The translations under genes were made by a program, and so were the position numbers. From Lama guanicoe (lineage: Eukaryota), in assembly GCA_013239625.1 (NCBI GenBank), contig MU055609.1, forward strand, positions 22,607,688-22,671,687: 64,000 bases of DNA. The letters are read 5' to 3'. Shown one piece after another: positions 1-9,335 of the stretch (positions are counted from its first letter, which is position 1; every line of letters starts with the position of its first letter). The notes beneath the pieces are model-generated. The model was not told the origin of the DNA and made no database searches. It saw nothing but the letters and a program-made list of their open reading frames with translations.

Positions 1-226
1 CCGCTGGGCCGCTTCCACACCAAGAAGGACATCAAGGCAGCGGTGCGGAACATGTCCTACATGGAGAAGGGCACCATGACCGGGGCTGCCCTCAAGTACC
101 TCATTGACAATTCCTTCACCGTGTCCAGCGGGGCCAGGCCTGGTGCCCAGAAGGTGGGCATCGTCTTCACTGACGGCCGGAGCCAGGACTACATTAATGA
201 TGCTGCCAAGAAAGCCAAGGACCTTG
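1..226 (+). CDS. MATN1: Matrilin-1 coding exon, 5'-truncated by the window (exon 5 in human numbering); second vWA domain
   Basis: Frame 1 reads PLGRFHTKKDIKAAVRNMSYMEKGTMTGAALKYLIDNSFTVSSGARPGAQKVGIVFTDGRSQDYINDAAKKAKDL, which includes the vWA MIDAS elements (GTMTG, VFTDGRSQD). It ends at the phase-1 donor G|gtaggt (227). Confidence 0.97.
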
Positions 227-819
227 GTAGGTGCTGCCTGGACCCTGAACACCACCGATGGCCATGGGTACACGTAGAACAGCTCAGCTATAGTTTATCT
301 TAGTGTCTGTCCCGATTAGTGCCCTAAGCCCAGGTTCAGTGTGAATGAGGAAGGGTTGGTTTGTCCAACTCTTTCTTATACTGATGAGAACATTGAGGCC
401 CCAGAAAAGTAAGTGGCTTGTTTTGATGGCCCTTTGGTAGGTGAGGCTTAGAACTTTTCCAGTTAAATGTTCCCAAGAACACAGCAACTGTTGGCAGGCA
501 GCCCCACTTTCGGACAAGCCTGAGTCTCAGTTTTATCACCTATTAAATGAGGATAATAATAACCACCAGAGGAATGGTTATGTGGGTTACATGAGATCAC
601 AAAGTTCCCAGTGCAGGGGGTCAGGACAGGTCTGACATTTAGTAGAACCTCAGTAAATGTTGATTTCCTTGATGTCTTTTACCGCCAGTCATTGTGCCTG
701 CAATTCCAGCATCTGCCACCAGGAGGTGTCTGGTGTGGATTGCCTGGGTGTTCTCCAGGAGGCTCAGCCTGGGAGCCTGTCTCCATGGCTACCGTTACTC
801 AGCTTGTTCCTCTTGGCAG

Positions 820-972
820 GCTTTAAGATGTTTGCCGTGGGTGTGGGCAACGCCGTGGAGGACGAGCTGAGGGAAATCGCCTCGGAACCCGTGGCCGAGC
901 ACTATTTCTATACGGCTGACTTCAAGACCATCAACCAGATCGGCAAGAAGTTGCAGAAGAAGATCTGTGTGG
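820..972 (+). CDS. MATN1: Matrilin-1 exon 6 (153 bp); end of vWA2
   Basis: Acceptor ttgttcctcttggcag|G and donor G|gtgagt. Phase-compatible with the previous exon. Encodes GFKMFAVGVGNAVEDELREIASEPVAEHYFYTADFKTINQIGKKLQKKICV. Confidence 0.97.
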
Positions 973-1149
973 GTGAGTGAGGCCAGAAAGGGTGTTGATG
1001 GGAGGGCAGGCGGGGCTCTGGGTCGGGTGTGTGCGTGTGGGGAGCCATCCTGGAACTGGATATGGGAAAACAGGAGCTGGGGCGGCACCAAGAGTGGGCA
1101 GAACCCAGAGGAGGGCTGGCCGGTCCGACTTTCATGACCAGCGAGCATA

Positions 1150-1560
1150 TATTGGATGCTCTTACACAAGCGGCACTGTTCTCAGAGCTCTCCAAATATT
1201 AAATCATTCAGTTCTATTTGGTAGGAATGTTATTATCCCCATTTTACAGACAGGTAAACCAAGGCCAAAGAGATGGAATAACTTAATTATGGGAGGAGCC
1301 AGGATTTGAAACCTGCTACCTCCCCTGATCCTCCCTGGTGACCTCTTCACTGGTCCCCAGTGATAAAGAGCACGAATTCCAGAGTTTGCATGTTTGCTCT
1401 GACACTAACTAGCTGTGAACCATGGGCAAGTCCTGTTACTTCTCGAGGTCTTCATTTGTAAAGTGGGGTTAATGACTTAAAACCCAAAGAGTCAGGGTGA
1501 GGAGTCACCAAGATGACACAGAGGCCCCCGGGAACAGTGTCCTGCACATGGTAGGTGGTC
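1150..1560. mobile_element. Two oppositely oriented MIR SINEs in MATN1 intron 6
   Basis: MIR core ccccattttacagacaggtaaaccaaggc (minus) and ctagctgtgaaccatgggcaagt...catttgtaaagtgggg (plus). Confidence 0.75.
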
Positions 1561-1817
1561 AGCGTGGGGACGCTGCTGTTGGTGTTCTTTGTCAGGGCTT
1601 TGAGGCAGGAAGACATTCAGGGGTTGCCCCCTCCATCACTCCTGGGAGCTCTGTCTCAAGAACTCTGTGTGTCTCTCTGCCTTCTTACATCTCCCAGGCC
1701 CCATCCTCCCCCAAGACTCCCTAGTCCTGGCCCTCGGCAGTGACTACCCAGCCTCTCCCACCTCCGGGGCAATCACTCACCATCACCTTTCTCTTCTCCC
1801 ACTTCTGTCCACCCCAG

Positions 1818-1898
1818 AGGAAGACCCGTGTGCCTGCGAGTCCCTGGTGAAATTCCAGACCAAAGTGGAAGGGCTGCTGCAGGCCCTGACCAGGAAGC
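1818..1898 (+). CDS. MATN1: Matrilin-1 exon 7 (81 bp); CxC motif and first part of the coiled coil
   Basis: Polypyrimidine acceptor ...ttctgtccaccccag|AG. Encodes EEDPCACESLVKFQTKVEGLLQALTRK. Ends at the U12 donor C|atatccttt. Confidence 0.96.
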
Positions 1899-2549
1899 AT
1901 ATCCTTTCCCAGAGGACTCTGCTGGGCAGTGGGAGGGGCAGGGGGAGAGGCTGGGGGAGGGCACTGTGGGGAGAGGACAGAGCCGTGCACCCCTGGCTTG
2001 TGGGGTTGGGGTGGGTTCCTCTTTGCCAGCCTCCTGCTGAAGACAGGCTGGAACCTGGCCCGGCAGGCTGGCACCAGCTTTGGTACTGCCCCTGCTGAAG
2101 CAGAGGCTCCTCGGGCGTAAACAGAGAAACTGAGGCAGAAGCCAAGACCTAGACACGGGATACACACAGAGTCCCGGATGTACTCAGGACATGGCGCCCA
2201 TGGGTACCCCATTTCCCAGGCTCTTGGTGACATGAACCCCACCAGTCTCCACTCAAATGGGGCTGGGTCCCAAACAGCTACCCTGGCTCAGGCGGGACCA
2301 GGCGGGGGACCCAGCAGGCTTGAGCCTGCAGCTGGGAGGGGCTGGGCTGTCTGGGCTCGCTGGGACTACCTGCTTACTTTTGGAGATCACCATTCTGAGG
2401 GCTGTGGATGGATAAATTTTGATGTTGGGGTGAACACACGCTATAGAGGGAAGTGAGAGAAAGTCTTGGCGGGGTTCCCAACTGCAGGTGCCACCCCCAT
2501 CACTGCCCTGCTCTGGTCAACCTGCCCCTCTCCTTAACTCCTGGTCCAC
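1899..2549 (+). other. MATN1: U12-type (minor spliceosome) AT-AC intron, 651 bp, last intron of MATN1
   Basis: 5'ss ATATCCTTT (1899-1907), branch point TCCTTAAC (2531-2538), 3'ss CAC (AC at 2548-2549). Splicing joins C+TG (Leu) in frame. The last matrilin intron is a known AT-AC intron. Confidence 0.96.
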
Positions 2550-2599
2550 TGGAAGCTGTGAGTAAGCGGCTGGCCATCCTGGAGAACAGAATTGTCTAA
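2550..2599 (+). CDS. MATN1: Matrilin-1 terminal coding exon 8 (rest of coiled coil, stop codon)
   Basis: Encodes (L)EAVSKRLAILENRIV, with TAA at 2597-2599; heptad pattern continues from exon 7. Confidence 0.96.
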
Positions 2600-2783
2600 G
2601 GCCACCTGTCCCCCACGGCCTCTCCATCTCCCCGCCCCAAGCGCAGGTTACAGAGTCCTGCCTGTGTCCCCGAGAGCCTGAGTTTAGTCTAGCTTTGCCA
2701 TTTCAGCAATGGGGGGCTGGGAGGTTGGGGCCTGGGATGGCACCAGGCCCCTCCCTCACCCACCGTCCTGCGAGCCTGGGGGT

Positions 2784-2890
2784 AGTGTGTGTGTGAGTGC
2801 GTGTGCTGGGAGTGTGTGTGTGTTTGGGAGCATGTGTGTGTGTGCCTGAGGGCAGGCGTGTGTCTGGGAGCAGGGACGCGTGTGCATGAG
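2784..2890. repeat. Degenerate (TG)n tract in the 3'UTR
   Basis: gtgtgtgtgtgagtgcgtgtgctgggagtgtgtgtgtgtttgggagcatgtgtgtgtgtg... Confidence 0.8.
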
Positions 2891-3041
2891 GGAGAACACG
2901 AGGGTGAGAGTGAGAGGGATGGCGTTTGCCTTTTTTTTTTAATCAAAAGCTTAATATATTCCTATTTTTTTAGTCCACCCTTTCTTGACTGCGAGTGCTG
3001 TGAGTCACTTTTCTTGTTTCTCTGTTCCCTTTTGAAAAACA

Positions 3042-3047
3042 ATTAAA
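3042..3047 (+). terminator. Candidate polyadenylation signal ATTAAA
   Basis: First PAS-like hexamer I found after the stop, preceded by U-rich sequence. The downstream GU/U element is weak. Confidence 0.35.
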
Positions 3048-3427
3048 TGTGATTTAACTTAAGCACTAAAAGAGGCCAGAGGCAGCATGATTATTTAGGG
3101 AGCAGGAAGATTGATGGGGGTGGCAGGTGAAGGGACTGATTGCAGGATGGCCACACTGGTGGTAACAGGGGTGACAGCCACGGCTTCCAAACCGGCTCCC
3201 ATTTGTCCTGCCTTTTCAATGACAAATTCACTGACGCCACCTCATTTCATCCTCCCAGTGACCTTACCCAAAACAGTCTTGAGTTATCCCCATTTTACAG
3301 ATGGGAAAGCCGAGCATTTGAGTGATGAGAGAACTTGTTGGAGAGACAAGGCTTGAATCTAAGATGGCAAGACATCAAAAGAAAAAGGCTTCAGAGAAGG
3401 GTGAAGACACCAGATAGAACCATCCCC

Positions 3428-3465
3428 TCATCCATCCATCCATCCATCCATCCATCCATCCATCC
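3428..3465. repeat. (CATC)n tetranucleotide microsatellite
   Basis: Directly visible perfect repeat. Confidence 0.95.
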
Positions 3466-4229
3466 GTTCATGCAGACAACAAACACAGAGCATGCGCCCT
3501 GCGTCAGGCAGTGGGGAGATGGTGGCCGATGGGACAGACACAGTCCTGTCTTTTAAGGGAGTTCAGTTGAGCAGAGTGCTCTTTCACCCTCATCCCAGCT
3601 GGAGGAAAAGAGAATGAGTTTAGTTTGTACCAAAAGCCCCGGGGGTGAGTGTGTGTGTGTGTGTATGCGCGTGTGAGACTCAGGGTCCTGGCCTGAGCCT
3701 GGGCTGGCCCTCCTTCCCCTGCCCGTCCCCACACCCTCTTGGAGTCCTCTCTGTTGCTTCCTTGTGTGTAGGGAGCCTCAGCCCCCAACACAGACAGCTG
3801 CAGCCCCCGCCTTGGGAACAGCACAAGGAAAGTCTTTGGCCTCCATGACCCCCGGACCATGCCCCGGCCCCTCTGGAGTCTCAATCCCTCACCTCCCAGA
3901 AGGGGAGCTTGGGTGATTTTCTGAACCCATTCTTGTTTAATGGGGCATTTTTAGCATTAGTACTCAATTCACACTTGAGGGCATGTAAAAGGCTTTTTTA
4001 AGAAGCTCAGATCATCCTGAAAGATCTTCCTTAGAGGCAGTTCAAGGAGGTAAATAACGCCACCAGCAGCACCGGGGCCACATCAGTACAACAGCTCAAC
4101 CTCATAAGAGTAACGTGAATGTCACACTACCACCTGCGACCCCGCCATCACCACACACACCTTTTGCCGAGTCCTTTGTCTGTTACGGCCCTGGGCAAGG
4201 ATTTATTTCTGCTGTCCTCGGAGGCTCCT

Positions 4230-4580
4230 TGTCACAGCCCCTGTGGCCATGGCTCGGCCCACACTTCCTGTCTTCTGAGATTATCCCCACTCCCCTCCCC
4301 CAGCACACGGGGCGGCATGGCAGTACATACCTGTTGGTGCAGGGTCACTCTGCCTCCTGGACTCAGCTGATTGGTTAGTGGGGTCATGTGACCCAAACTG
4401 GGCCAATCAGCCTCTCTCTTCTGGGAATTTGGACACGGAGACCTTAGTTACCTGGCTGCAGATGCTAGAGTTGTGTGGTCTCTCTCTTCTTCCAGCTGTG
4501 TTGAAAGGCTGAGATGGGGGCTTCTGTCCTCAGGAAAGAGAAAAGCAGCATTTGCTGGGTTGCTAATGGCTTTCTAGTCC
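4230..4580. mobile_element. Old ERVL-class LTR fragment (LTR16-like)
   Basis: gattggttagtggggtcatgtgacccaaactgggccaatcag resembles the recalled LTR16 CCAAT-box region. Confidence 0.55.
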
Positions 4581-4585
4581 AAGAC

Positions 4586-5271
4586 TGTTTCAGTTATCTA
4601 CTGCTGCATAACAAATCACCCCAAAACTTATTGACTTAAAACAGCCACCTCTTCTTGTGTGATTCTGTGGTTTACTGGGCTCAGTTGGGTGTTTCTTATG
4701 CTCCATGTGGTATTGGCTGGGGCTGCCGTGGTTTGGGTCTCAGTCAGGCTGGAACATCTGGCACTGCTTGCTCACGTGACTGCAGCCTTGGTAAAGACAG
4801 CTGCCAGGTGAGGTCTCTGTCTTTGGCTTTTTATTTATTTACATCCATTTACACTGTTGCGGCAATTTCTGGTGCACAGCATAATGTTTCAGTCTCCATA
4901 TATGTACATATATTCCTTTTCTTTCTTTCTTTTTCTTTTTCTTTTTTTGCATTTTATTTATTTGGGTCTCTGTCTTTGTCTCTGTCCCTCTTTGCTTTTC
5001 TCTCTCGCTCTCTTTACCCAAGGAGTACCAGAGCCTTACTTTCTCCACGTGCATTCTCCAGCAGGAGGAAGTGGACTTTTTACGTGGCAGCTCAGGGCTT
5101 CCAGAAGCTTCTTGGGTCTGAGGCCCCAAATTGGCCCTGCATGACTTTCAGCACATTTTGTTTGTCAAAGTGGTTATCAGCCTGCTCAGATTCAAGGGAT
5201 GAGGAGATAAACTTCACCTCTGCATGGAGGGAGAGTGACAAGGAATTCGTGGCCGTTTTTAATCTACCACA
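4586..5271 (-). mobile_element. MaLR MLT1-type solo LTR, interrupted by a retroposed insert at 4826-4964
   Basis: Termini tgtttcagttatctactgctgcataacaaatc ... tttttaatctaccaca are the reverse complement of the MLT1 ends; internal MLT1 motifs are present. Confidence 0.8.
4826..4964 (-). mobile_element. Short L1 3'-end insertion with a 14-bp target-site duplication
   Basis: Contains the L1 3'UTR-like caatttctggtgcacagcataatgtttcagtc. GGTCTCTGTCTTTG is repeated at 4812-4825 and 4965-4978. Confidence 0.75.
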
Positions 5272-7027
5272 TGGGGTCATTCACTGGTCCGCCTGCTTGG
5301 GCCTGGCCACACTCCCTGCCTGGCCACACATGAGACACCCAGGAAACTGCAGCAAAGTTAAACGCGGTCGAGTCAGTTTCTATTTCAGGGAAGCCAAAAG
5401 CCCTGACACGGCTGTCCTCTCATGTCTGTGTCCTCCCACCTACGTGGGGACCTTTGTGTCCTGGTTCTCAGCTTTCAGAACACCCTGACTTCTAGCTCCT
5501 CAGCTGCCTGGGAGCTTGCCTTTCCACCTGCGTCCCCCAGGCTACATCCTTGGAGGAGAACTACCAGCCCCCCCGCCACGGAGGGTTGCAGGGTGTGAAT
5601 GAGTAATGAATGGAAAGCACTCAGCACATCACCCACCCACACTCTGCATCCAAAGTGAAGCTAGCATCACTGGTGCCCACTGCGGGGCAGTTTCCTGGCC
5701 GCAGGGGTACACCCAAACCTGTCAGATTCCTCCACACTTCCCTGGCTCCCATCTGGTACTGGTGTCCTTCGAGATGCTGTGGCCACCTGGCCTCCAGTGG
5801 CTGTGCCACCTGGGGCACCTGTTCCCTGCTGGGAGGCCACCCCAGAGTGTGCACCATGGCTCTCTGCAAGCCTTCTGCTCCTGTGACATGTTAACAGGTG
5901 CCCACCCCCAGCCCCACCGGAAGGCCAATACTAGACAGCCTTCCCTCTGCTTCCGGTGGTGCCAGCCTGAATGCCAGGGCTCAGGAGGCAAGGCGAGGAG
6001 GGTATATGAGTCTGCAGGCTTCCAGGGACAGCAGCCAGCTCCATCACTCAGTCATGCTGCAAACGTTCATACCACACAGTCTTTCTGGGCAATAGAGGGG
6101 AGAACAAAATAGACAGAGGTCTGTGAGTTCATGGGCTGACATTCCAGCCTCACTTATTTCTGTGTGAACCTGGACACGTCACCCGACCTCCCTGTGGGCC
6201 TTAGTTCTTCATCTGTTAGCTGGAGAGATGGCCCAAAACGAGAAGTCAATGGAGAGAAATCTCCCAAGAAGCACACGGTGTGTCCTCAAAGACCAGAAGC
6301 TGTTGATGCTTCTCTGATGAAGTCAGACGGGGTTGTTTGACCCAGCAGCAACTGTCTGGCCTGGCAGGGACCAAGCATCAGACCTCGAGTTCCCAGGAAA
6401 GGTCCACGGAGAGGTGATAGCAGAGGGGTGAGTAGCCTTGTCTTTGGAGTCACACAGCCCTGGTGTGAGTTCCCCGTGGCCCCCTTGCCTTGAACAAACT
6501 CTTTCACCCTCTGACCTCAGCTTCCTCAGCAGGAAACAGGGCAATAGTGCCCTTCTGGCAGTGATCGTGCTGAGGTGCCTGGACAGTCAGGGGACTTGCC
6601 CCAAAGGGCTCCCTGGAGGAGGCGGCAGAGGTGGATTTGCAGGTAGCATGAGGGCTAGACTTGTGGTGGGGGAAGCCCTGCAGGGAACATCTGGAAAGTG
6701 GAGTGTGTAGGAAGGGAGGGAGAGCTGAAAAGGGGCATATGGCTAGGGTGGAGGGAAGGGAGCTGAGAGTCAGGGCTGTAAGGACAGTTCTGGTCTATTC
6801 CTCCCTCCTTCCCTCCTCCTTTCCTCTTTCCTTATCTTCTTTCCTCCCTTTCCTCCATCTTTCCACATTTATTAAGCATCGCCAAAGGCCAAAGCATACA
6901 CCAGGCTCTAGGGACAAAATGGAAAATGTCTGCTGGTCGTGGTGCTGACAGTCTGGTGGAGCAGACAGACATCAGACAGAGCGGTACACCGAGACTCCGG
7001 CTGTGACAGAAGACAGAGGAATTAGGG

Positions 7028-7330
7028 TGTTGACGAAATAATCAATAAACCATCTGTCGTAGGAATAGAAAAGAGGTTTTTTTGAGCCAAACTGAGGACT
7101 ACAGCCCGGGAGACAGTCTCTCAGCTAACTGAGGAACTGCCCCGGAGAAGCATGGTTTTCGGCACAGCTGTATGTCTTGCCAGAACAAAGAACATTAAAC
7201 AAGTCAGGGTACATTCTTTCAAGGTTTCAAAATAAACAGACCCGCATGTACACAGCGAGTCAGTACATCCTTAGTACCTGGGAAAGGAGTCTGATCACAG
7301 AAGGAGTTACCAGCACTGGAGGCACTGAAG
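7028..7330 (-). mobile_element. ERV1-class LTR fragment
   Basis: Starts TG (tgttgacgaaa). The segment gagccaaactgaggactacagcccgggagacagtctctcag resembles recalled laurasiatherian ERV1 LTRs. Confidence 0.6.
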
Positions 7331-8142
7331 GTCCCGACGAATACTTCCAGTGACCCCAGGAGGCAGCATTAGTGTCATGTGTCTTCACTGTGATGAGACT
7401 TGTCCGAATCGGTGGAGGAACCGACTCCCAGGTTGAGCCAATGCTGAGGCCTTGCTTAGTAGGAACAGGCCGTACTTAGCTCTGCTGCCTGTGATATTAA
7501 TGTCAAGCCCAGGGCACACTGTAGGCGCTTAGAAGATCCCAGTGGCCTCTCTCTCCCCTGTTACCTGCCCGGGCAGTCAGCAGGCTCACAATATGGCAGG
7601 TGGTGGACCTGGTCCTGGAGGAGCCTGGGGCGGGACCTCAGTGGGCAGAGGGGGCCGAATTGGACCCCAAAGGAAGGGGGCTGGTGGGACCCAGGCAGGG
7701 CGTAGGCGTCCCACCAGGCTGGCTGGGGCTGGAGAAGGTGCTGGACGTGGAGAATGATCAGAGCCCAGTGGGAGGGAGGGGCCCGCGGGGCAAAGGCTGC
7801 GGCAGGGCCCAGCTCAGAGACTTAGAACTGGTGGACCCGGGGCCCTGCTTGGGCCTCCTGCCTGGGCAGGCCGGGCTCCGGCTCCAGGCCGGGCTGAACT
7901 GAGGTGGGCTGGGGGTCCGAGGCCTCTGGAGCTGGGCCTCAGGACTTGGCATGAAAGCAACACGCGGAGAGGTGTGTGCTCACGACGCAGCCATTTTGCA
8001 GGGGGAGGGCTGCTTCCTGTGCCCAGTGTTCCTGTCTGAGGACTCCCATGGCGGGAGGGAGAGTGTGGGACAGCTGGTGGGAGAAGCAGGGAGGTCAGTC
8101 CCCGGAAGACTGGCCCGCAGACACCGAGGGTCAGAACCAGGG

Positions 8143-8600
8143 GAGTTAGGGCTTCTGGTTGCAAGTGACAGAAACGCCACAGCAACCAGCTTAAGCCTAG
8201 GAAGGGAGTTGAGGGGGTCCTGGGACTGAAGGTGCTGGCGGAGGGGGCTGGGCTCAGCGATGCCTTCAGGGCTCCGTCTCTCTTTACTCTTGACTCTGGT
8301 CTCCACCACCATGCCCGCAGGCCCTTTCCTCCAGAAGGTCCCACACTTCAGACTGATACCCTGCCACCTCCAAGTGTAGGAACGTTCCCTGAATTCAGTC
8401 CCGTGGGCTCTGATGGGTCCTGTGCTCACCCTTGACCGATCACGGTGGCCAGGGTGATGCAAGGCTGTAACTGGCCGGGCTTGCGGGCTCTGCCCTGGAT
8501 GGTGGGTGGAGTCAGCTGCACGAGACCACCCAGGACTGAGAATACTGAGCAGTGATTCTTCAAGGAGAAGGAGGGGTTGTTAGATGCCAGGCCTGGGTGC
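8143..8600 (-). mobile_element. MLT1-type LTR
   Basis: agttagggcttctggttgcaagtgacagaaac is a typical old MLT1 terminus. Confidence 0.6.
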
Positions 8601-8889
8601 AGGGTGGGCAGAACCGACCCCTGTCCTCCACAGGTAGGGGCAGGGAGGGCGTGGAAACCCTGCTGGGACAGTTCCCCCGGACACCATCATTTTTCCTGGC
8701 ATGGGGGTGGGGAACTCGCTCTTAAAGGACAATGTTGTCAGGCTCCAAGGGAGGCAGGGGCTGGCATCTCAGGGTCTTTCAAACCCCAACGCCTGCCGCT
8801 AACTCATCTCAGTTCTGCCCACAGCGACTCCAGGTCCTCACGTGGCCCACCCTCTCCACGTCATTCCCACGTCTCTCTCTGCTTTCAGT

Positions 8890-9335
8890 TTGATTAACAG
8901 AGGGTTATAAACGAGTCCCAGAGAGAAGGAGAAGCAGCGTCTCCCCAGGGCAGCTGCAGTCTATTAGCAGAAGGCAAGTTCCCTTGTAACGGATATTTTT
9001 GTTTTTTTCTGATTTTTGTAGAGATAAACAGGAGTAAACTAATTAGGATTTTTTTTTTCTCTTTCTTTCCTCCGGTCTTGGAGGACAATGGGAGTCTCCT
9101 GGCCCCCGCGGTGAATTGGTTACCAGGTTTCAATAAGGGGTTTGTCTTTGTAATTACAGTTCATTAATGGATTTACAAGGGACGGAAGATGGCAAAGTCG
9201 GCTCAGGGGATTGTTTTGCATTTCTCCTGTTTTAATTACATGATTTTCTCCAGAACCAATGCACTGTGAAAAATGGCGGGGAGGGGGGGTCCCAACACCC
9301 CATCTGTTCCAGATGCAAATGCAGTTAATACAAGA
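8890..9335. promoter_or_regulatory. Candidate enhancer island
   Basis: Non-repetitive AT-richer block with ACAATG (9085), CTTTGT (9146), several TAAT/TAATTA cores, YY1-like AAAATGGCGG (9270-9279) and an octamer ATGCAAAT (~9313). Confidence 0.4.

Larger units (their letters stand above)
2600..3070 (+). other. MATN1: Putative MATN1 3'UTR (3' end uncertain)
   Basis: Follows the stop codon. U-rich segment 2930-3035 and variant poly(A) signal ATTAAA at 3042-3047. Confidence 0.45.

Noticed and set aside
1-2600. Antisense lncRNA (MATN1-AS1-like)
   Set aside because: Known in human, but no exon or promoter for it can be supported from this sequence alone.
4917-5280. Possible minus-strand processed pseudogene (AATAAA plus A-tail, 62-aa ORF)
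   Set aside because: The sequence upstream of the tail is the continuation of the MLT1 LTR, not mRNA-derived.
4655-5488. 277-aa + strand ORF, the longest in the track
   Set aside because: Runs through an MLT1 LTR, an L1 tail and T-rich low-complexity sequence; non-ATG start and no recognisable domain.
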